A DNA stretch of 64,000 bases from Minisyncoccota bacterium (lineage in GTDB: Bacteria > Patescibacteriota > Minisyncoccia > Phycocordibacterales > UBA9973). Positions 47,629 to 55,781 of the stretch are shown here, piece by piece (positions within the stretch are counted from its first letter, which is position 1; each line of letters begins with the position of its first letter). Made by a program: the position numbers and the translations under genes. Where the stretch lies: positions 82,242-146,241 of the forward strand of contig JBAZOQ010000001.1 of the NCBI GenBank assembly GCA_041648595.1, in the 5' to 3' direction. The notes beneath the pieces are model-generated. The model worked only from the letters and a program-made list of their open reading frames with translations, made no database searches and had not been told where the DNA came from.

Positions 47629-48390
47629 TTACAATCCACTTAATTGACTGTTTAATTCACGTTCAAGTGTTAATCCAAAATCTTTGATAATCCCCTGTTG
47701 GTCAATTGGCAAAAAAGTTCCAAGTTCATTTTTAAAATTTATTTGTTTTGCCTCGGCAATAATAAAATCTTTCTTCATAGCGAGTTTTTTCTTTTGTTCA
47801 GAAGAAAGTCTCCCTTGGCGCATTATAATATAAAGATCATAAAAATCACGTGGTTTTTTTCGTTCAATTAATGCACCAAAAATTTTTTCATCAATCAACT
47901 CATTTTGTGGTAAATGATTAATTGTATAAGTAGGCACAAAATTATTTGAAATACTATCTAGTTCACCTTTTATAATTACATCACTTCGTGTTGAAATATT
48001 TATCTCTACACCAATCGGTTGATAATCAAACATTTGAAATGTAGCAATTCCTAAATACCCACCACTTGTTGTTCCAAATCGGTCACCAAGCTTGACTTTT
48101 ATTCCCATTTTTTCTATTTCAGAAAGTGTTTTTAAAAATAATTCTTCAATAAATAGTTTTACTTCATGTGGAGCAACACCAAAAAGAGAAAAATCTAAAT
48201 CTTCAGAAAATCGTGGACTACCATAAACAATACGAAGTGCCGTTCCACCTTTAAAAAGAAGTTTCTCAGAATCTGGCAATTTATACAATTCTCCTAAAAA
48301 AATATGTTGAAAATATTCTCGAATTACGTTCGGAAATATTCCCATTTGATACTGCCTACTTAATTTTTCCAGTGTTTCTATAGATATCAT
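47629..48390 (-). CDS. AbiEii-family nucleotidyltransferase toxin (type IV TA / abortive infection)
   Basis: FKGGTALRIVYGSPRFSEDLDFSL is the hallmark DUF1814/AbiEii motif. Its start overlaps the upstream gene's stop (ATGA). Confidence 0.8.
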   Translation of the reverse strand: MISIETLEKLSRQYQMGIFPNVIREYFQHIFLGELYKLPDSEKLLFKGGTALRIVYGSPRFSEDLDFSLFGVAPHEVKLFIEELFLKTLSEIEKMGIKVKLGDRFGTTSGGYLGIATFQMFDYQPIGVEINISTRSDVIIKGELDSISNNFVPTYTINHLPQNELIDEKIFGALIERKKPRDFYDLYIIMRQGRLSSEQKKKLAMKKDFIIAEAKQINFKNELGTFLPIDQQGIIKDFGLTLERELNSQLSGL

Positions 48391-48986
48391 TGTAATGTTG
48401 TCTTTATTATACCTGAAAGTTTTTTATTACCAAACAACGAAGCATATTTCTTTGCTCTTGTGGAATTAATTTTTTCTTTATTAAAACGAGAAATCGGTTT
48501 TTGTCCACTCATTAATCGCAAATAATTTGCGTCTACAAAAGCTTTTTCAGCATCTGCAATGTTAAAACCTAGACCTTTCTGTTTTTGAATTTCGTAACCA
48601 GTGTATGCAACTTTTTTTATTTTTCGATAAGAAAAAATTTTTCCTAATGCTTCAAACCTACGTGTAGCTTTAGTAGTTACTGAAGTAATTTCATAAACTG
48701 TCTCCGGAATAACTCCATAATATGAAAGTGCAAATTCAAGTGAAATATAAGATGGAGTATAAAGTTTACTAGCAACATAAACATCAGGTGGTAAGGTATC
48801 TGGAAAAACATAGAATCCTTTCTTAAGTTGTATTATAAATCCTTGTTTTTTATACCTGTGAAGTAGTGCAGATGCAGCAACAGCAGAAACTCCAAACAAA
48901 GAGCGAATATCACTTGCATTAAATATATATAACTTTTTACCCTTTATTTTTGAGGCAAAAAGTGTCTGATTCACCAATTTGACCAT
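48387..48986 (-). CDS. AbiEi-family antitoxin/transcriptional regulator (partner of AbiEii)
   Basis: It sits immediately upstream of, and translationally coupled to, the AbiEii gene. The size and N-terminal wHTH-like region fit AbiEi. Confidence 0.55.
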   Translation of the reverse strand: MVKLVNQTLFASKIKGKKLYIFNASDIRSLFGVSAVAASALLHRYKKQGFIIQLKKGFYVFPDTLPPDVYVASKLYTPSYISLEFALSYYGVIPETVYEITSVTTKATRRFEALGKIFSYRKIKKVAYTGYEIQKQKGLGFNIADAEKAFVDANYLRLMSGQKPISRFNKEKINSTRAKKYASLFGNKKLSGIIKTTLQ

Positions 48987-49022
48987 ATTGTCAATTTACC
49001 AAAACGTTATAAAATTGTCAAT
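48987..49022 (-). promoter_or_regulatory. Two direct ATTGACAAT repeats (coding-strand sense) 27 bp apart, abutting the AbiEi start codon; candidate autoregulatory operator/promoter
   Basis: The minus strand reads attgacaattttataacgttttggtaaattgacaat ATG. The upstream copy contains a TTGACA -35-like hexamer, with TAAATT 17 nt downstream. Confidence 0.3.
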
Positions 49023-49057
49023 AATCGACTGTGTATAAACCTATTTCATCCATTTTT

Positions 49058-49324
49058 TTAACCCTTCATGTGTATATAAATTTCACGTAAAGGCTCATTA
49101 TCTTTTTTAATACGGTAAATATCTACTATCTCACCATCTAAATCAAAATCTTTTTTTTCTAATTCTTTACTAAAAGTAGGATCAGACTCAAGTTTAGATT
49201 CAGCGGTTGTACCACATGAAAAAACATCAAAAGGTTCAATTTTTTCTTTTAATCCCGATTCTTTTATCTTTTTTTCTAAAGATTTTTTAGGATCAAAAGT
49301 ATTTTCTATCATTCCAGTTTTCAT
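49058..49324 (-). CDS. small hypothetical protein, paralog of 49336..49626 (shared C-terminal motif VDIYRIK...Y.H.K)
   Basis: The two ORFs are tandem and align with each other. Confidence 0.4.
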   Translation of the reverse strand: MKTGMIENTFDPKKSLEKKIKESGLKEKIEPFDVFSCGTTAESKLESDPTFSKELEKKDFDLDGEIVDIYRIKKDNEPLREIYIHMKG

Positions 49325-49335
49325 AAATTTATTTT

Positions 49336-49626
49336 TTATTCTTTTATGTGTAAATATAATTTATATTTATTGTCTCCGTCTGTGCACTCAATTTTAATGC
49401 GATATATATCTACATTTTTACCATCTAGAATAACATTTTCAGCAATAGGTTTTTCATTTATTGGTAGCTTTTTTTCTATCATAATATACTCATATGGCTC
49501 AATATTTTCAATCCTACCTTCATCTATTGCTTTTTGTATTTCTTTTTTATAAAACTGCGTACCCTTATATTCTTGCTCTATTTTTACTTTACTACTATTC
49601 ACCTTGTCTATTTTACTTTGTTCCAT
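49336..49626 (-). CDS. small hypothetical protein, paralog of 49058..49324
   Basis: See the call for 49058..49324. Confidence 0.4.
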   Translation of the reverse strand: MEQSKIDKVNSSKVKIEQEYKGTQFYKKEIQKAIDEGRIENIEPYEYIMIEKKLPINEKPIAENVILDGKNVDIYRIKIECTDGDNKYKLYLHIKE

Positions 49627-49710
49627 AATGTTTTTTATTTAACCCACATTTTAGTGGGTATGTTAATAATCTATAGGTTTATTATACCACTCAAATCAAA
49701 AACTAAGAAA

Positions 49711-49820
49711 TGCAAGAGCAAAAACAAGAAATCAAAAATTTCTGAGCCTTCGCCCTCGGAGTCCGTGAGGACAGGGAACCAACACGACTCTTAAAATTTT
49801 TATTTCTTGTTTTTGCTCTC
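49711..49820. repeat. Palindromic GC-core element family C, copy 3; the right arm overlaps the TAG stop of the ABC-F gene
   Basis: The sequence is gagcaaaaacaagaaatcaaaaatttctgagccttcgccctcggagtccgtgaggacagggaaccaacacgactcttaaaatttttatttcttgtttttgctc, with complementary AT-rich arms. Confidence 0.75.
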
Positions 49821-51313
49821 TATTTTTCTAAATCAAGAATCTCATCAATACGGATCTTAGCCACGAATTCTGGTACGTGGGAGACTAAAATCAAAGCTCC
49901 TTTATATTGATTAATTGCTTCGGCAATAATAGGAATATGGCGAAAATTTATATGATTTGTAGGTTCATCTAAAATAAGTAACCCTGGACGCTCTAAAACA
50001 AGCCTAGCAAAGGCCACAAGCCCCTTCTGGCCTTCTGAGAGACTACCAATTTTCGTACGGATAAATTCACCTGTAATCAAAAAACTCGCAGCAGTAGCCC
50101 TCATATGCTCTTCATTGAGAGGTAAACCACCTGCAAGCATAGCACTAGCAAGAGATTCATAAACAGTATGTTCAAAATTTAAAGTTGAGAAATCTTGTCT
50201 ATAATAACCGATACGGATACCTTCAAGAATTTTTGCACCCTCCGAAGTATTGTTTGCGAGATGTTCAAGTAATGTACTTTTACCAATTCCATTCGGACCT
50301 TTCAAAAGTAAATGTTGATTCTTTTTCATTTTTATATTTGCTTTGTGTTTTACAATTTTTCCATTCTTTGCATTCATTGTCGTAAAAAAATTTATCGTAA
50401 TAATATCACCATTAATATCTTGTTGCACTGGAATTGTAAAATTTTTAATAGTTTTGTCTTCTTTTCGTACATCTACCATATTGTCTTCGAGCTCTTCTGC
50501 TTTTTCTCGCATACGCTTTGCGACTAGACGAAGTTGACCTCCTTTATGTGCAAAGACATTTGCTTGATCTTTTTTTGCTTGAATTTCTTTTGCAAGCTGA
50601 GCATTTTTCATATTTTCTTTTTCTACTCGAGCTGTAATATCTTTCAATACATTTTTATAGTTACCGACATATTGTTCAACTTTACGTGTATAAATATCTA
50701 AATAAAGAACACCATCCGTAAATGCATTTAAGAATTCTGCATCGTGAGAAATGACAATGACAGTCTTATCATATTTCATTAAAAAATCCGTAAGGTGAGC
50801 GATACCCGCATGATCTAAATTATTTGTAGGCTCATCTAATAAAAGTAAATCTGGATCTTGAATAAGTGCAGAAGCTAAAAGTATACGAGCGAGCTGTCCA
50901 CCAGAAAATGTTTTTAATATTCTGTCGTGAAGTTTTGTATGGCCTCTTAAATTTACAACTTCTAAAACATCATCAATCCGTGGATCTATATCATAAACTT
51001 TTTTAGTAAAACCATTTTCAGTAAAACATTGTTCAAAAAATTCACGCACAGTTAATATCAAATCACCTCTCGCCATAACTTGTTTTGCAGTAGCTATGGT
51101 GAGTTTGTTGTTTATGACTATTATCCCCGATTCAGGTTTTAGAGCTCCAGTGATAAGTCCAAAAATAGTACTCTTTCCAGCACCATTTTGTCCCATTATT
51201 GTAATTTTTGCTCCACGTCGAAGTGGAAAAGAAACATCGTCTAAAATGGGTTTATTATGCCCATATTCAAATGAGACTTTTTCAAATCTTAGAATTACTT
51301 CATCTTTTGCCAT
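49820..51313 (-). CDS. ABC-F family ATPase (two ABC cassettes, no TM; translation-factor-type)
   Basis: It has two Walker A motifs (GQNGAGKST, GPNGIGKST) and two signature motifs (FSGGQLARI, LSEGQKGLV). Confidence 0.85.
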   Translation of the reverse strand: MAKDEVILRFEKVSFEYGHNKPILDDVSFPLRRGAKITIMGQNGAGKSTIFGLITGALKPESGIIVINNKLTIATAKQVMARGDLILTVREFFEQCFTENGFTKKVYDIDPRIDDVLEVVNLRGHTKLHDRILKTFSGGQLARILLASALIQDPDLLLLDEPTNNLDHAGIAHLTDFLMKYDKTVIVISHDAEFLNAFTDGVLYLDIYTRKVEQYVGNYKNVLKDITARVEKENMKNAQLAKEIQAKKDQANVFAHKGGQLRLVAKRMREKAEELEDNMVDVRKEDKTIKNFTIPVQQDINGDIITINFFTTMNAKNGKIVKHKANIKMKKNQHLLLKGPNGIGKSTLLEHLANNTSEGAKILEGIRIGYYRQDFSTLNFEHTVYESLASAMLAGGLPLNEEHMRATAASFLITGEFIRTKIGSLSEGQKGLVAFARLVLERPGLLILDEPTNHINFRHIPIIAEAINQYKGALILVSHVPEFVAKIRIDEILDLEK

Positions 51314-51352
51314 GTTTTATGAGAATACCCTATTTTTGCTTAAAATGAAAGG

Positions 51353-52786
51353 TTATTTATACTCTTCAATAAATTTATATAAAAGCCTAACTCCTGTACC
51401 TAGTGCACCTTGAGCTAGATTTTCACCTGCCATTGCTGTCATACGAGGAGCCATATCTATATGTACCCATTTCAGACCTTTTTCACCTCCATCTTTGCCT
51501 TTTATAAACTGATGTAAAAAAACAGCCGCATAAATCGCTCCACCATAACGAGAGTCTTTATTATGCACATTAGTCCAATCACCAAGAGATCCTTTTATTT
51601 CATTTTCATATTCTTCCCATAAAGGTAAACGCCAAACATAATCTCCTGTTTCTTCTCCAACTTTTTCTAATTTTTTTGAGAGTTCCTCATTTGTTGTAAA
51701 AAAAGCAGAAGCTCTCTCACCAAGAGCCACACACGCAGCTCCAGTTAAAGTTGCGATGTCTATAATAACTTCAGGATTATATTTTTGTGCATAAAAAAGA
51801 GCATCCGCTAAAATTATTCTACCTTCAGCATCTGTATTTAGAACTTCAATTGTTTTTCCAGACATTGAACGTATAACATCTCCTGGACGATAACTTTTCC
51901 CAGATGGCATATTTTCAACAGAAGGAATTAATCCAATCACATTCTTTTTTAATTTCATTTTTGCAACAAGTGCTATTGTATGTATAACAGATGCACCTCC
52001 AGACATATCCATATTCATACCAAGAAGACCATTCGATGGTTTTAAATTTATTCCACCTGTATCAAAAGTAACACCTTTACCAACAAGAACAATAGGCTTT
52101 TCTCCTTTTTTACCTCCACTATATTCCATAATAATAAATTTAGATTCTTCGTCTGATCCGCGACCAACAGAAAGTATTGCTCGCATATTTTGTTTTTCCA
52201 TTTCTTTTTCGCCGAGCACTGTGATTTTTACAGGCAAACCTTTCACCGCTTCTTTTGCTTTTTGCGCCAAAATTTGAGGAGTCATATCTCCACCTGGTGT
52301 ATTTGAAAGTGTTCGAGTTTTATTTACTTCTTCTGCAATAATATGACCTTTTAAAATTGCTTTTTCTTCTTCTTTATTTACTCCTAAAATAACTATTTCT
52401 TTTATAAAATTAAAACCTTCTTTTGTTGGCGTTTTATATTCAATAAATTCATAATTCGCAAAATCAAGTTGTGAACCGATAAGCTCAGCAAGCGCTATAT
52501 CAGAAATCTTTATATTTTTAAATTTAAAATCATTAAAATTAAAACAAATCTTCTCTGACTTAACACTTTTTGCCATTATTACCATTTTACGCACAAGTAA
52601 AAAGAGCTTTCTCAAATTCATCTTATCTTTCTCGTCACATTTTAAATAAAGTGTTTTTTGCCCATTCTCTTTTTCAATCTCATCTTGATTTTTAGAATTT
52701 ACAGAAAGAAAAAGCATTCCAGTTTTTATATCTTTTTGACTATTTTTAAATATTATTTTCATATTTATACTATATACTTTTTTCAC
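51353..52786 (-). CDS. pepA: leucyl aminopeptidase (M17)
   Basis: NTDAEGRIILADAL is the M17 signature, and the VGKGVTFDTGG region is present. Confidence 0.85.
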   Translation of the reverse strand: MKKVYSINMKIIFKNSQKDIKTGMLFLSVNSKNQDEIEKENGQKTLYLKCDEKDKMNLRKLFLLVRKMVIMAKSVKSEKICFNFNDFKFKNIKISDIALAELIGSQLDFANYEFIEYKTPTKEGFNFIKEIVILGVNKEEEKAILKGHIIAEEVNKTRTLSNTPGGDMTPQILAQKAKEAVKGLPVKITVLGEKEMEKQNMRAILSVGRGSDEESKFIIMEYSGGKKGEKPIVLVGKGVTFDTGGINLKPSNGLLGMNMDMSGGASVIHTIALVAKMKLKKNVIGLIPSVENMPSGKSYRPGDVIRSMSGKTIEVLNTDAEGRIILADALFYAQKYNPEVIIDIATLTGAACVALGERASAFFTTNEELSKKLEKVGEETGDYVWRLPLWEEYENEIKGSLGDWTNVHNKDSRYGGAIYAAVFLHQFIKGKDGGEKGLKWVHIDMAPRMTAMAGENLAQGALGTGVRLLYKFIEEYK

Positions 52787-52932
52787 AAAAAACTCAAAAA
52801 AAAATGGTAATAAAAAACAAATAAAATATCTAGAATATCAACCTTAGTTAGATAAAGTAGATAAAAAGTTATCCACACCCCACCTTGCTACTTTACTTGA
52901 CTAAAGAACTTTATTTTGATAAAGTAGCTTAT

Positions 52933-53331
52933 ATGAGTAAAGGAATGAATAAAAATACATCAATAAAAACAATCAATTTAGTCCGAGAAATTGGATCAGG
53001 AATAAACTGGAACGAAAAGAAAAACAAACAATTTGTTGAAGCATTTTTGGCATTAGAAAATGCTAACGAGACACAATGTTTTCTTCGTGACCTTATGACT
53101 GAAACAGAAATAAAAGAATTTGCTAACCGACTAGAAGCTGCTTCCCTGCTTACTAAAGATGTGCAATATAATTCAATTATTGAAAGCACAGGTCTTTCTT
53201 CTACCACTATTGCTAGAATAGCAAAATGGCTAAATGGTTCACTTGGCGGATATCGCCTTATACTTAATCGTATTTCAAACCATCATCATAACTCCCCTAA
53301 AATTAGGAAAGGGTTGTCTTTGAGCTCATAA
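52933..53331 (+). CDS. TrpR/YerC-family small DNA-binding protein
   Basis: FLRDLMTETEIKEFANRLEAASLL....TGLSSTTIARI is the TrpR-like HTH. The track ORF starts at 52885; the likely start is MSKGMNK. Confidence 0.6.
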   Translation: MSKGMNKNTSIKTINLVREIGSGINWNEKKNKQFVEAFLALENANETQCFLRDLMTETEIKEFANRLEAASLLTKDVQYNSIIESTGLSSTTIARIAKWLNGSLGGYRLILNRISNHHHNSPKIRKGLSLSS

Positions 53332-53358
53332 TTAATTATTCTAAATTTTCTCGAAATC

Positions 53359-53389
53359 AACCCCTTCCTAAGTTTAGGAAGGGGTTTTA
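53359..53389 (+). terminator. rho-independent terminator after the TrpR-like gene
   Basis: The sequence aaccccttcctaa gtt taggaaggggtt is followed by tttt. Confidence 0.65.
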
Positions 53390-53479
53390 CGTTATGTAAA
53401 ACTTTTAATTGTTCTTTGAAAAAGATAATGGAGAAAAAATGAAAAGAAAATGGTTTAACTATTGTTCTTTAGGAGGAGC

Positions 53480-53578
53480 AGGTCCTCATAAGTAAATCAG
53501 ATTAGAGAAACTAAACAGGTCCTCATAAATAAATCAGATTAGAGAAACTAAAATTTATTTAGTTTCTCTAATTTATAA
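53480..53578 (+). promoter_or_regulatory. Tandem 37-bp direct repeat (x2) followed by an inverted partial copy forming a 15-bp-stem hairpin, ~25 nt upstream of the 53602 start codon
   Basis: The tandem copies are gcaggtcctcataagtaaatcagattagagaaactaaa and caggtcctcataaataaatcagattagagaaactaaa. They are followed by atttatt tagtttctctaat ttataat, and then the AAGGAG RBS. Confidence 0.6.
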
Positions 53579-53601
53579 TCCAAAAAATTAAGGAGATAAA
53601 A

Positions 53602-54522
53602 ATGTTACCACAAGCTATAAAAACAATGAAAAAACTACGAGAGATAAACAAATCTCTTGATCATGCCCTTAAGATAAACGAATTTGTTGATTCTTATGTA
53701 AATGAATGTATACTTTACGGTCAACCAGTTACTTTAATTACTCCATGGTCATTATCTAGAAGTTTTAAAGAAAGATATAAAGAACAAGAAAATAAGTTTT
53801 TCCCTACAGAAAAAGAAAAAACTTTATTTAGTTGGGAAATTCCACAAATTGAATTAATCTTAAAAGAAAATAACCTTGATTTTAATTGGTGGTTAATTTT
53901 TTCTAGATCATATATAAGATCTGCAACACTAGATAGAGAACAAGAAAAAGAGTATGTCGAAATGATTACCAAACTTTCAGAAGAAAATAAATCTGAATTA
54001 GCAATCATAAATTGGGAAGACGACGTTATTAAAACAAACCACCAACCGAATAATGATTTATTAAAATATGAATTATCATTCGAAAAGTCAGTAGATAAAA
54101 AAGATTTTGAGTACGAAATAGGAAGACGTTCAAATAGGTCAAAAAATATTCTTAACTTAGATATAACGAATGATAAACTTATAGAAGAAACAAAATACAA
54201 AATTGCTTGTGAGGCAAATGAGGGATTATTCCTTATGAAAAATGAAAATAATCCACTATGTCAACCTGGAAATTTTTTATTCCTAATTCTAGGAAAAGCT
54301 GAAAGATATTCTTTTTTTTCTACACTAGTTCCAGAATTTAAAAAAAGAATTGTATGTGTTTTACGTCCTTATCCTTGGAGATTAGGAGGGTTTGATAAAG
54401 AAAAGAAAGAACTTACACACACAGAAGAAGAATTAAAAAGATTCAGAGAAAATGAAGCAAACGAAGAATCTAATCGTCTTAGATCCTCTTTTTATTTTTA
54501 TTTTAGGGATGGTAAAAATTAA
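53602..54522 (+). CDS. hypothetical protein (306 aa)
   Basis: It has a good AAGGAG RBS and a charged, helical C-terminus. No family recognised. Confidence 0.5.
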   Translation: MLPQAIKTMKKLREINKSLDHALKINEFVDSYVNECILYGQPVTLITPWSLSRSFKERYKEQENKFFPTEKEKTLFSWEIPQIELILKENNLDFNWWLIFSRSYIRSATLDREQEKEYVEMITKLSEENKSELAIINWEDDVIKTNHQPNNDLLKYELSFEKSVDKKDFEYEIGRRSNRSKNILNLDITNDKLIEETKYKIACEANEGLFLMKNENNPLCQPGNFLFLILGKAERYSFFSTLVPEFKKRIVCVLRPYPWRLGGFDKEKKELTHTEEELKRFRENEANEESNRLRSSFYFYFRDGKN

Positions 54523-54589
54523 AAAAATATTGCAATGCGACATATAAAAATATGTCGCATTTATTATTTTTAGTATATAATATAATTAT

Positions 54590-55195
54590 ATGAAAAAATA
54601 AGTAGTTTCCATACATGGAGGAGAAACTTTTAGCTCTTATAAGAAGTATATTTCCTTTTTAAAAACGTATAAGTTTAAAAAAAATAAATTCACTAAAAAA
54701 AGATGGGCTAATTCATTACAAAGTAAGTTAGGAAAAAATTTTGAAGTTATTATACCACAAATGCCAAATGCTTTAAACGCAAAATATTTTGAATGGCAAA
54801 TTTGGTTTAAAAAACTATTCCCTTTTTTAAATAAAGAAGTTATTTTAATTGGTGGATCACTAGGGGGAATATTCCTTGTTAAATATCTGTCTGAAAACAA
54901 ATTTCCTAAAAAAATTAAAGGACTATTTTTAGTTGCTCCTCCTTTTGGTGATAGGGATAAAAAATATTCTTTAGCAGATTTTAATCCAAAAATAAAAAAT
55001 TTAAAAAACATAGAAAAACAATGCACTTATATTAATATTTACCATAGTAAGAATGACCCTGTTGTCCCTTTTGAAGATTTTTTAAATTACAAAAAATACC
55101 TAACCAAGGCTAACTTTCACGAATTTAAAAATAGAGAACATTTTAGCCAAGAAAAATTTCCAGAAATTATAAAAGATATCAAAAAAATAATATAA
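54590..55195 (+). pseudogene. YdeN/RBBP9-like alpha/beta hydrolase with an in-frame TAA at codon 4 (54599..54601): MKK*VVSIHGGETFSS...GGSLGG...
   Basis: The ATG at 54590 is in-frame with track ORF 54761..55195. The frame stays open from the TAA to 55195 and encodes the N-terminal HG region that the M-started ORF lacks. Confidence 0.55.
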
Positions 55196-55199
55196 AAAT

Positions 55200-55781
55200 A
55201 TGAAAACAATAAATAATAGAACAACAAAATATCCTATAAATGACATATTTTTAAATCGTTTTTCTCCTCGTTCAATGTCTGGAGAAAAAATAACAGAAGA
55301 AGAACTCATGACTTTATTTGAAGCTGCACGCTGGGCACCATCTTTATAAAACGAACAACCATGGAGATTTATTTATGCAATAAAAGAAACTTCAGATTTT
55401 GATAAATTTTTATCTTTTCTTATGGAAGGAAATAAAATTTGGTGTAAAAATGCATCAATATTGATTGTAGTAATTTCAAAAAAGAATCTTCCAAAAGGTG
55501 ACCTAAATATTGCTCACTCATTTGATACAGGAGCAGCTTGGGAAAATCTAGCATTACAATCTACTTCTATGAATCTAATTTCCCATGGCATGGCTGGTTT
55601 TGATTATATTTTAGCAAAAAAAGAATTTTCTGTTCCAGACGATTATAATGTTGAAATGATGATAGCTATAGGTAAACCAGGTAAAATAGAAAACTTACCA
55701 GAAGCATTTCAAGAACATGAAAAACCTAGTGACAGAAAACCATTAGAAGAAATAATTTCTGAAGGAAAATTTAATTTTTAA
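55200..55781 (+). pseudogene. nitroreductase-family protein with an in-frame TAA (55347..55349) inside the conserved APS-x-x-N-x-QPW motif (AARWAPSL*NEQPWRF)
   Basis: The ATG at 55200 is in-frame with ORF 55422..55781. The N-terminal 49 codons encode the nitroreductase FMN-binding N-terminus (RFSPRSMSGEKITEEELMTLFEAARWAPS). Confidence 0.65.

Noticed and set aside
54590-55781. TAA or TAG might be a reassigned sense codon, which would explain the three in-frame stops.
   Set aside because: Nearly every well-conserved gene in the window terminates with TAA or TAG at the position expected from homologs (for example ddl, mreB, dnaX, rplI). Global reassignment is therefore untenable, and pseudogenisation or sequencing error is more parsimonious.
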